Below are positions 1 to 7,552 of a stretch of DNA of 16,987 nt, in pieces. Within the stretch, counting starts at the first letter, position 1. The number at the start of each line of letters is the position of its first letter. The position numbers and the translations under genes are program-made. The notes under the pieces were generated by a model. That model searched no databases and had not been told where the DNA came from. It was given only the letters and a program-made list of their open reading frames with translations. Origin of the DNA: Thainema sp. (GTDB lineage Bacteria > Cyanobacteriota > Cyanobacteriia > Phormidesmidales > Phormidesmidaceae); the NCBI GenBank assembly GCA_052168235.1, contig JBQLZK010000102.1, positions 1-16,987 on the forward strand. The letters are read 5' to 3'.

Positions 1-126
1 TTCACCTTAAGCACTCATCTCCCGAACAACATCGGTTTTCGGATAGGTTCTTAGTGTCAGAATTGAATACTCTATCTACAAAAGGAACGGATATTAATGC
101 TCCTGTAGATGCTAAAGGTTTGCTGA

Positions 127-312
127 TTAGTTGTGCAGCAAACTCTTTGAGGTACTGGGCTGCTGTCGGCGTTCTTGCAAAGTCTTATCAATTAATTTTG
201 CCACCAGCCAGGAGACAGACCGTTCATCTGTCTGTGCCCATTCCTCTAGTTCTTTTTTACGCTCAGCAGGAATGTAAGCAACCACTCGCTCTAAATCTGT
301 TTTACCGCCCAT
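127..312 (-). CDS. Ribbon-helix-helix (CopG/Arc-like) DNA-binding protein, 61 aa
   Basis: MGGKTDLERVVAYIPAERKKELEEWAQTDERSVSWLVAKLIDKTLQER has the beta-strand, helix, RS(V)S helix pattern of cyanobacterial RHH proteins. ATG at 312 preferred over 384. Confidence 0.8.
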   Translation of the reverse strand: MGGKTDLERVVAYIPAERKKELEEWAQTDERSVSWLVAKLIDKTLQERRQQPSTSKSLLHN

Positions 313-370
313 TTTAAGTTTCACTTTTACTTTACCTACCCCTAAGATACCAACAATGGCCCGTCTCGCA

Positions 371-399
371 TCATGCTGGGCCATGCTAGCCCAGCATGA
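371..399. promoter_or_regulatory. Perfect 11-bp inverted repeat between divergent RHH and map genes, candidate operator
   Basis: TCATGCTGGGC-catgcta-GCCCAGCATGA; CATGCT also recurs as a direct repeat. Confidence 0.55.
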
Positions 400-433
400 C
401 AGAACGAGGCTTTAATCCGCGAACCATCAAAAT

Positions 434-1243
434 TTGCTTTCAATCACCGGAAATTTTGTACAACCCCCCATTAGTTCAGGGCTAGTCTTGCTTTCGGCTA
501 GAGAATTAGACAAGATGCGGCGGGTTGGGCAGCTGGCGGCGAATCTCCTCAATCATCTTGAGCCAATGGTGCAGCCTGGCGTGAGTACGCAAGCTTTAAA
601 CGATGAGGCGGCGCGTTGGATGCAAGCTCATGGTGCAATCAGCGCCACCCTTGGCTACGCACCTCCTGGCCATCCCCCTTTCACAGGGTCAATTTGCACC
701 AGCATTAATGAAGTGGTTTGTCACGGAATCCCGAACCCAAAGCAAATCCTCAAAGACGGGGATATTATCAATATCGATGTGACCCTGAGGTTGGCAGGCT
801 ACCACGGCGACACATCGAGAACATTTCTAGTGGGTCCGGTATCCGCAACCGCCCGAAAATTAGTTGAAGCGACTCACGAATCGATGATGCGGGGAATTGC
901 TGAAATCAAGCCTGGGGCAAGAATTGGTGATATTGGCGCGGCAATTCAAGCCTATGCCGAGGCAAGTGGATTCTCCGTTGTTCGAGATATGGTTGGGCAT
1001 GGCATTGGCAGGCAGATGCATACAGAGCTGCAAATTCCTCACTATGGCAAACGAGGCAGCGGGTTGAAGCTGCGTCCAGGTATGATTTTTACGGTTGAAC
1101 CGATGCTAAACGAAGGGACTTATGAGCTTAAATTTCTCGCGGATGGTTGGACTGTGATTACGAAGGATAAGAAACTCTCTGCTCAGTTTGAACATACCGT
1201 TGCTGTAACTGAGGAAGGGGTAGAGATTTTAACGCTTGCCTAA
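434..1243 (+). CDS. map: Type I methionine aminopeptidase
   Basis: SICTSINEVVCHGIP, and all five metal ligands present: INIDV, GDTSRT, GHGIG, TVEPM, AQFEHT. Start (TTG 434) uncertain. Confidence 0.95.
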   Translation: MLSITGNFVQPPISSGLVLLSARELDKMRRVGQLAANLLNHLEPMVQPGVSTQALNDEAARWMQAHGAISATLGYAPPGHPPFTGSICTSINEVVCHGIPNPKQILKDGDIINIDVTLRLAGYHGDTSRTFLVGPVSATARKLVEATHESMMRGIAEIKPGARIGDIGAAIQAYAEASGFSVVRDMVGHGIGRQMHTELQIPHYGKRGSGLKLRPGMIFTVEPMLNEGTYELKFLADGWTVITKDKKLSAQFEHTVAVTEEGVEILTLA

Positions 1244-1391
1244 ACTTCAAGCCGCAATACCCTTAATTTATTTTTTGGTTGAGAAGCAACATCGCTGCCC
1301 CAAAAGTCTTTGCTGCTGATCAGTTGTAGCCATAAAAAGTGGCGGTTGGGACATCCCAATAAAATTGCGCTCGATTTGTGACTACCTGTGC

Positions 1392-1495
1392 TTAGGAATG
1401 AGGACCAAATAATATCCAAATTGTTAGGGCAGACATCTTGCCTGCCTGGGGACAGCCGAGACGGCTATCCCAACTTATTCAATTCTCATTCCTTA
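1392..1495. repeat. MITE-like miniature element with internal REP-like hairpins
   Basis: TTA direct repeats (1392-1394, 1493-1495) flank terminal inverted repeats GGAATGAG...CTCATTCC. Internal hairpins GGCAGACATCTTGCCTGCC and GACAGCCGAGACGGCTATC. Confidence 0.6.
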
Positions 1496-1524
1496 GAAGT
1501 TGCCAAAGACTTCTAGACACACCC

Positions 1525-1586
1525 TAAGAATCTGACAAACTCTCCTAAGAATTTGAAAGAAACCGAGATTCAGAACTCACTACACT
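1525..1586 (+). promoter_or_regulatory. AraC-associated tandem site plus -10 box, copy 1
   Basis: TAAGAATCTGA (1525) and TAAGAATTTGAAAGA (1546), period 21; TACACT at 1581; RBS AGGAG before ATG 1637. Confidence 0.7.
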
Positions 1587-1636
1587 TCGGTTAAATCAGA
1601 CGAGCATTCAATGCGGTATTTATTAGGAGATGGACA

Positions 1637-2473
1637 ATGCCTTATGTAACGGTCGGTCAAGAAAATTCTGCAGCCATTGATCTCTACTACGAAGATCTGG
1701 GGGCGGGTCAACCCATTGTTCTTATTCATGGATTTCCCCTTAACGGCCATTCCTGGGAAAAGCAGGTTTTGGTGCTGCTAAATGCCGGGTATCGAGTGAT
1801 TACCTACGATCGCCGAGGATTTGGTGCGTCTAGCCAACCCTCGTTGGGCTATGACTACGATACTTTTGCCGCCGACTTGAACACGATAATGACCAAACTT
1901 GACTTGCAGGATGCGGTGCTGGTTGGCTTCTCTATGGGAACGGGTGAGGTCACGCGCTATCTCGGCAAATATGGCTCAGAGCGGGTACAAAAAGCGGTGC
2001 TGATGGCTCCCGTACCGCCCTTCTTACTGAAGACTGATGATAATCCTGAAGGGGTTGAGCAAAGTGTTTTCGATGGCATTATGAACGCGATCGTGAAAGA
2101 TCGCCCCGCCTACTTTTCTGACTTTTTCAGAGAATTCTTCAATGTGGATGTGCTGCTGGGCGAACGCATCAGCAACTATGCCATTCAAGCCAACTGGAAT
2201 GTGGCAGCCGGAGCTTCTGCTAAGGGGACTTTGGATTGTGTGCCGTCCTGGCTCACCGATTTCCGTGACGATCTGCCGCGCATCGATGTCCCCACCCTGA
2301 TCATTCATGGCGATGCCGATCGCATTTTGCCGCTTGAGTCCACCGCCGCCAGACTGCCAAAGCTGATTAAAAACAGCCAGCTTGAAATCATTCCTGGGGG
2401 GCCACACGCCATTAACTGGACTCACGCTGATCAGGTCAATCCCCTATTGCTCAACTTTCTTCAGCAGGAATAA
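1637..2473 (+). CDS. bpoA2: Non-heme (cofactor-free) haloperoxidase/perhydrolase, alpha/beta hydrolase
   Basis: N-terminus PYVTVGQENSAAIDLYYEDLGAGQPIVLIHGFPL closely resembles Streptomyces BPO-A2. Triad motifs GFSMG, HGDADRILP, GPHA. Confidence 0.88.
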   Translation: MPYVTVGQENSAAIDLYYEDLGAGQPIVLIHGFPLNGHSWEKQVLVLLNAGYRVITYDRRGFGASSQPSLGYDYDTFAADLNTIMTKLDLQDAVLVGFSMGTGEVTRYLGKYGSERVQKAVLMAPVPPFLLKTDDNPEGVEQSVFDGIMNAIVKDRPAYFSDFFREFFNVDVLLGERISNYAIQANWNVAAGASAKGTLDCVPSWLTDFRDDLPRIDVPTLIIHGDADRILPLESTAARLPKLIKNSQLEIIPGGPHAINWTHADQVNPLLLNFLQQE

Positions 2474-2604
2474 TTGGTGACTCATTACATTTCTGACTTG
2501 TGGGAAAACTCTGTGATTCATCTATTGAATCAAGCTCACGCTAATCCAGATGGAGTATTGCAAATCAAAAGTTGAGTTATGAGGGCAAAGATGTTGGATG
2601 TGCG

Positions 2605-2702
2605 TTAGGAGATCTCTGGCAAAGAGTTTCTCACTCGTAGGGTGTCATTAGCGAAGCTTAATGCACCACTGCCCGATATTTTTGTTCCTGGAGATCTCCT
2701 TA
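2605..2702. repeat. MITE-like miniature element with a GTAG REP-like hairpin
   Basis: TTA (2605-2607, 2700-2702) flanks GGAGATCTC...GAGATCTCC; internal GTAGGGTGTCATTAGCGAAGCTTAATGCACC (2637-2667). Confidence 0.6.
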
Positions 2703-2831
2703 GCGAAGCTTACCGAAGGTACTACATCTTTACTTTCACAAGACAACCGTTGGGTAAATGCTCAGAGAATTGCAGTCTCTAGCGGCATCTTTCTTTAATT
2801 CACACTGACTAAAACAAAAGGAAAACTCACC

Positions 2832-3566
2832 ATGTTGAATGTAGAAAACAAAGTAATTGTTATTACTGGAGCCAGCAGCGGCATTGGCGAAGCCACCGCG
2901 AAACTGCTCGCCCAAAATGGCGCAAAAGTCGTTTTGGGAGCGCGACGCACAGACAAGCTAGAGAAGCTAGTTAAAGAAATTCATGCATCTGGTGGGACAG
3001 CAGAATGCAAAGCGGTTGATGTCACCGATCGCGAAAATGTGAAAGCATTTGTTGAGTTTGCCAACGACAAATTCGATCGCGTCGATGTCATCTTTAACAA
3101 TGCAGGCGTGATGCCCCTATCGCCGATGAATGCCCTGAAAGTCGAGGAATGGGACAACATGATTAATGTGAATATTCGGGGCGTGTTGAATGGGATTGCG
3201 GCGGGGCTGCCAATTATGGAAGCGCAAGGAGGTGGGCAAATCATCAATACCGCCTCCATTGGTGCCCATGTAGTTGTTCCGACGGGGGCCGTCTATTGCG
3301 CCACAAAATATGCGGTTTGGGCAATTTCTGAAGGACTGCGCCAGGAATCACAAAACATTCGCGTCACCACCATCTCTCCGGGTGTCGTTGCCACCGAACT
3401 GGGCTCTGATATTACAGACGAGTCGGCGAAAGGTGCTTTGCAGGAATTTCGCAAAATTTCGCTCAGCCCAGATGCGATCGCGAGAGCGGTGCTGTACGCC
3501 GTATCCCAACCCGATGATGTTGACGTGAATGAAATCATAGTCCGACCGACGGCCAGTGCGTTCTGA
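2832..3566 (+). CDS. Classical short-chain dehydrogenase/reductase (YdfG-like)
   Basis: [13 protein letters not shown]...YCATK, ISPG, EIIVRP; RBS AAGGA. Confidence 0.93.
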   Translation: MLNVENKVIVITGASSGIGEATAKLLAQNGAKVVLGARRTDKLEKLVKEIHASGGTAECKAVDVTDRENVKAFVEFANDKFDRVDVIFNNAGVMPLSPMNALKVEEWDNMINVNIRGVLNGIAAGLPIMEAQGGGQIINTASIGAHVVVPTGAVYCATKYAVWAISEGLRQESQNIRVTTISPGVVATELGSDITDESAKGALQEFRKISLSPDAIARAVLYAVSQPDDVDVNEIIVRPTASAF

Positions 3567-3621
3567 AGGGAATCGGTCAAAGCATAGGAGCGTTATCACC
3601 AACACAAAGGACATTGTCATA

Positions 3622-4110
3622 ATGAAACCATTTCATTTTTTAGCTGCTATGGCGCTTATTCTCACGGTAGGCTGTAACGCTGTCGGACAAACTTCTGTTC
3701 CCCATGAAACACCAGCACCAAGTAACAAGACCGTTGTCGAGGCGAGTTTTCAGCAATGGCAAGATGGTACCGGCTCTCCTTTCGAGCTTTTATCAGAGGA
3801 TATGCGCTGGACGATTAGTGGCTTTAATACATATGCCGGCACTTACACACGCGAGCCTTTTGAAGAAGAGCTGATTGCGCCTTTTAATGAGCGCGTAGAG
3901 GAGCCTTTAAGGCCAACACAGTGGCAAGTTTATGAAGATGGTGACGTTGTTGTTATTCATTTTGATGCTGAAACAACCTTGATTAATGGAGAACAGTACA
4001 GGAACAGCTATGCCTGGTTTTTCACTTTCGAGGATGAAGAAGTGACTGAAGTTACCGCATTCTTGGACATGCCAGCTTTTGAAAAAGTTTTGGAAATAGA
4101 AGTTAGGTAA
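3622..4110 (+). CDS. SnoaL/NTF2-like (ketosteroid isomerase-like) protein, predicted lipoprotein
   Basis: Signal MKPFHFLAAMALILTVG-C; LSEDMRWTISG...AGTY, DGDVVVIHF, YRNSYAWFFTF...VTAFLD typical of SnoaL_2-like proteins. Confidence 0.8.
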   Translation: MKPFHFLAAMALILTVGCNAVGQTSVPHETPAPSNKTVVEASFQQWQDGTGSPFELLSEDMRWTISGFNTYAGTYTREPFEEELIAPFNERVEEPLRPTQWQVYEDGDVVVIHFDAETTLINGEQYRNSYAWFFTFEDEEVTEVTAFLDMPAFEKVLEIEVR

Positions 4111-4373
4111 CCAATGAATTAAATTGTGGAATTATATCTGATGAGTTAATGGAAACTGTGTATCTCACGGACAGTTACGTCCAGCTTTCCTCGCGCTTTA
4201 ATTGCGGCAGGAATTCTCAAAGAGCTGTTCCAGGAAAACGACGTTAGTTTTCCAGTAGCATCGCCGAATTAAATACTTTTAAATGTGGTCATATCCCTCT
4301 TCTGTGTAGGGCAATCGCATTTTTATCCAACTAGCACTTTGAAGAGGTACTCATCGTCCTAACGCACTAGACT

Positions 4374-4399
4374 CGCAGGGCTTCCTGGGAAGCCCTGCG
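4374..4399. terminator. Strong GC hairpin, possible terminator or stability element
   Basis: CGCAGGGCTTCC-tg-GGAAGCCCTGCG; no clean U-tract follows. Confidence 0.4.
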
Positions 4400-4594
4400 G
4401 GTGCCACAAGTTTTGGCTCATCGCTGTGCCTATCTAACCCAGATTATTCATGAGAAGCGTTAATGGCTAGCTTGTATACTTAGTGCGTCAGTGATTGTCT
4501 TGGTTTCCCAACTGGTAGACGCTTTTGCTGCGCCAGAGTAAGGCTGAGAGGTGTTGTTTTGCAAATGCAAAAGATATCGGTGGAGAGAAATTCT

Positions 4595-5482
4595 ATGGCT
4601 AGCAACCAGCTCAACTCGCTCAAACTCTGCCAACGGTTCAATAAACCACTGATGCTCTCCAGTCGTCAAATGAACTGGAATGGCATTTTGGTTGAGCAGT
4701 GTCAAAGTCCTGCTTCAACCTATGAGGTAGAACTCCCAGCCCTCTCAGACCACTGGCTCAGCCTACACCTAGGAAATTCCACTTCTTTAATTCAGAAACG
4801 GGGCGATCGCCTGCATGAATCGACCCTGCGTGAAGGGGACAATCTCTTTATTCCGGCTGGGCAGCCAAGCTTCTGGTGTCAACATAAAAGTGGTATCCCC
4901 TGCTCTCCACTATTCATTTTTTTCAAGCCAGAACTGATTCAGCAGGTGGCTGAAGCCTCGGATATGGATGCAAATCGGTTCGAGTTTAGGCATTGTTTTG
5001 GCCAGCAAGATTCGCAACTTCATCAGATTGGCACGCTGATGTTGGCTGAGTTGCGGTCGGGCGGGATGATGGGGCAATTGTATGTCGAATCACTCACTCA
5101 AGTTCTGGTCATTCATTTACTCCGAAACTTTTCGACCCTAATAAAACCGATCGCATCACCCCACAGCCGCTTTACTCATAGCCAGTTGCAGCAGGCGATT
5201 GATTACATTCACACTTATTTGAATCGAGATTTATCCCTGGCAGAACTGGCAAGTGTAGTGAACATCAGCCCAACTTACTTTGCAAGTTTGTTTAAGCAAG
5301 AAATGGGAATTTCGCCCCACCAATACGTGATTCAACAGCGGGTAGAACGGGCAAAAGTGATGCTGATGAAAACGGATTTAGCGATTGCAGACATCGCTCT
5401 ACAAGTCGGTTTCTCTAGCCAAAGCCATCTAACACAACAGTTTAAGCGATTCACGGGACTGACTCCAAAACAGGTGCGCTAA
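4595..5482 (+). CDS. AraC family transcriptional regulator (AraC-1)
   Basis: C-terminal double HTH (LSLAELASVVNISPTYFASLFKQEMG...IALQVGFSSQSHLTQQFKR...TPKQVR); ATG 4595 preceded by GGAGAG. Confidence 0.95.
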   Translation: MASNQLNSLKLCQRFNKPLMLSSRQMNWNGILVEQCQSPASTYEVELPALSDHWLSLHLGNSTSLIQKRGDRLHESTLREGDNLFIPAGQPSFWCQHKSGIPCSPLFIFFKPELIQQVAEASDMDANRFEFRHCFGQQDSQLHQIGTLMLAELRSGGMMGQLYVESLTQVLVIHLLRNFSTLIKPIASPHSRFTHSQLQQAIDYIHTYLNRDLSLAELASVVNISPTYFASLFKQEMGISPHQYVIQQRVERAKVMLMKTDLAIADIALQVGFSSQSHLTQQFKRFTGLTPKQVR

Positions 5483-5487
5483 CACCT

Positions 5488-5549
5488 TAAGAATTTTATA
5501 AACCGCCATAAGAATCTGAAAGAAATCAAGCATTGAACCTCAGTACACT
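5488..5549 (+). promoter_or_regulatory. AraC-associated tandem site plus -10 box, copy 2
   Basis: TAAGAATTTTA (5488), TAAGAATCTGAAAGA (5509), TACACT (5544). Confidence 0.7.
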
Positions 5550-5680
5550 TCAGATATCACAATGCGGTTAACTCTCCTTTCAAACGACTGCACGAATATT
5601 GATTGAGTCCTTTGACCTAGCTTAACTGCGACTGAAATGAGCGATCGCACATGAAAACTTTTCAACACAGAGGAATGAAT

Positions 5681-6133
5681 ATGAAGACTTGGATTTCGAT
5701 GCTGCTAATTTTAGCAAGTGTGAGCTTGTTCGGGTGCGACGATCAACGAGCGAAAGAACAATTGGATAGCACAATGGACAGTTGGATTGGTCGGGATATC
5801 GATGAGTTTGTTCGCAGATATGGTACACCCACGGCAACGCTTACGTTACCCAATGGAAACACAATCTATTCCTACAGAACGGATCGAGAACGCGAGTTTA
5901 ATCAGCCAACCACTGTGAATGAGTTTGAGAACGATCAGGGCGATACAACTACGATAATTAGCGGAGGCAACACGGTTGTTGATCGTGATTTCTGTGAGAT
6001 TGATGTCGAGTTCGATCGCTCTGGAGAAATTCAGTCTTGGCGCTATGAGGGTAGTTCTCCAAGACATTGCGACATTAAGAGCCTGCCGAAAACGCTCCAG
6101 AAGCAATTACAAAAAGACGGCATTCTTCCGTAG
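5681..6133 (+). CDS. Hypothetical lipoprotein, possibly SmpA/OmlA-like fold
   Basis: Signal [35 protein letters not shown]...YSY and [29 protein letters not shown] before ATG 5681. Confidence 0.75.
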   Translation: MKTWISMLLILASVSLFGCDDQRAKEQLDSTMDSWIGRDIDEFVRRYGTPTATLTLPNGNTIYSYRTDREREFNQPTTVNEFENDQGDTTTIISGGNTVVDRDFCEIDVEFDRSGEIQSWRYEGSSPRHCDIKSLPKTLQKQLQKDGILP

Positions 6134-6135
6134 GT

Positions 6136-6237
6136 CAAAACAAAGTTATTGCGATTACTGGAGCCAGTAGCGGTATTGGTGAAGCAACTACTAGATTGCT
6201 GGCTCGTCAGGGCTTACAGGTTTTGTTAGGGGCGCGA
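6136..6237 (+). pseudogene. SDR N-terminal remnant (34 codons, no start)
   Basis: [34 protein letters not shown] aligns with [34 protein letters not shown] of the SDR at 2832. Confidence 0.85.
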
Positions 6238-6239
6238 TT

Positions 6240-6257
6240 CCCAAACAGATTCGTTAG
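6240..6257 (+). pseudogene. Last 5 codons and stop of a third, deleted araC (PKQIR*)
   Basis: CCCAAACAGATTCGTTAG vs AraC-2 end CCGAAACAGATTCGCTAG; gapless homology continues to 6350/8525. Confidence 0.8.
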
Positions 6258-6262
6258 CCCCA

Positions 6263-6323
6263 GAAGAATCTAATCACTAACCGTAAGCATCTGAAAGAAG
6301 TTGAGTGTTGAAACTCATACACT
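6263..6323 (+). promoter_or_regulatory. AraC-associated tandem site plus -10 box, copy 3
   Basis: GAAGAATCTAA (6263), TAAGCATCTGAAAGA (6284), TACACT (6318). Confidence 0.65.
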
Positions 6324-6354
6324 CAAGTGAGCTAAGACAAAAATAATCTGTCCA

Positions 6355-6416
6355 GAAAGCCCCTGTCATAGTCAGCAGTAGTACCCTCACCCCTGCCGAC
6401 TATGACGGGGGCTTTC
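6355..6416. repeat. Long 24-bp inverted repeat (22/24) with 14-nt loop
   Basis: GAAAGCCCCTGTCATAGTCAGCAG ... CTGCCGACTATGACGGGGGCTTTC. Confidence 0.75.
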
Positions 6417-6438
6417 ATATGTCATGCCCTTATCGGTC

Positions 6439-6470
6439 GTTCCAGAGCCGAATAGTTCCAGAGCCGAATA
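6439..6470. repeat. Exact 16-bp tandem duplication
   Basis: GTTCCAGAGCCGAATA x2. Confidence 0.85.
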
Positions 6471-6513
6471 GCTATTTGCCGAAATAAGACGTGCGAGTTG
6501 GTAAAGCAACCTC

Positions 6514-6557
6514 TTGTCACTAAGTGACATTTAGCGCTATTGTGTCACTTAGTGACA
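6514..6557 (+). promoter_or_regulatory. Paired TetR-type operators overlapping a putative tetR promoter
   Basis: TGTCACTAAGTGACA (6515-6529) and TGTCACTTAGTGACA (6543-6557); TTGTCA-N18-TATTGT. Confidence 0.75.
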
Positions 6558-6601
6558 GACTTTGAAAGAAGACTGTCGTGGGGAGTGACGGTGCCAGCGG
6601 T

Positions 6602-7249
6602 ATGACGAAGAACAAGCGTAAAACAGGGAGGATGAGTGAGCAGCGACAGCAGCGGATACGTCTAGAGATTTCGCGGGAGGCGGCGCGTTTGTTTTGGGAG
6701 CAAGGCGTCGCTGCCACGACCGGCGAGCAAATCGCAGAAGCGGTAGGTCTCTCAGTGCGCACCCTCTGGCGGTACTTCCGCAACAAGGAGAGCTGTGTAG
6801 AGCCGGTCTTGGCGCAGGATGGCGAGGAGTTTGTGGCGCTATTGCGCCGCTGGCCTCGGGATGTCTCCCTTGAAGATCACCTCATGGAGTGGGCGATGAA
6901 TCGTACTAAAGATCCCGATCAGCAGTCCTTTGATCAGGCTGTCATCAAGATGACTGTGCTGGCCGAAAAAGAGCCGGATCTGCGGACGGTCTGGCTGATG
7001 ACCAACGACCGAATAGAGCGCGCTCTGGTCGAGATCTTCGCAGATCGCCTGCGGCGATCGCCTGACGATATCGAGGTGCGACTGCACGCCGCAGCGGCTA
7101 CCGCAGTCGTGCGCGTTATCAGTGAAGACATCAGTGCGGCCCTGATGGCAGGAGCCGATCCCACCTCGCTTGGCAACACGCTTGGGCAGATGGCCCGCGC
7201 CGTGCATACAGCGACTGGTGGGGCAGTCGGCGATCCTGTCGATCCTTAA
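6602..7249 (+). CDS. TetR/AcrR family regulator (MftR-like C-terminus possible)
   Basis: ISREAARLFWEQGVAATTGEQIAEAVGLSVRTLWRYFRNKE is a TetR_N HTH. Start could be 6578, 6602 or 6632. GC-rich. Confidence 0.92.
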   Translation: MTKNKRKTGRMSEQRQQRIRLEISREAARLFWEQGVAATTGEQIAEAVGLSVRTLWRYFRNKESCVEPVLAQDGEEFVALLRRWPRDVSLEDHLMEWAMNRTKDPDQQSFDQAVIKMTVLAEKEPDLRTVWLMTNDRIERALVEIFADRLRRSPDDIEVRLHAAAATAVVRVISEDISAALMAGADPTSLGNTLGQMARAVHTATGGAVGDPVDP

Positions 7250-7297
7250 ACCCATTGACAATTGAAATCAGCAATAAGAGCCAAGGAGTTGATCCTC

Positions 7298-7552
7298 ATG
7301 TCTAATCTTTCTTCTAACTATTCGCGGGAGTCAGGAAAAAATACCGCTGGGTTATCTACTCAGCCCGTACGTCATCAGTTCACCCGTCTGAGCTGGCCCG
7401 AGGGCATTGTGAGCCTTATCGTCCCTAACATAATCGGGTACGGAGTCGGATTGCCGCTCTCGCGACTCGGACTCGATCCCGTGGTCTATCGGCACTTAAT
7501 ATCCCTGGAGTCCTACGTAAAAGCAATCGGTGAGAGCAAACTTCATGACTAG
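7298..7552 (+). pseudogene. Truncated membrane protein N-terminus, likely a CPBP-family remnant
   Basis: RBS AAGGAG and ATG 7298. RLSWPEGIVSLIVPNIIGYGVGLPLSRLGLDPVVY resembles N-termini of TetR-linked CPBP proteases (recalled, not searched), then runs into the araC-2 leader. Confidence 0.45.

Noticed and set aside
54..317. 87-aa + strand ORF
   Set aside because: Antisense to the more convincing RHH gene.
1497..1524. araC tail upstream of motif copy 1
   Set aside because: A TAG lies at 1514-1516, but the spacing differs and no PKQ(I/V)R is encoded.
1637..4110. Halogenated natural product gene cluster
   Set aside because: BpoA2-type enzymes are perhydrolases/esterases without specific halogenation, and no scaffold synthase is present.
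6439..6470. Mini-CRISPR
   Set aside because: Two abutting 16-bp units with no spacer.
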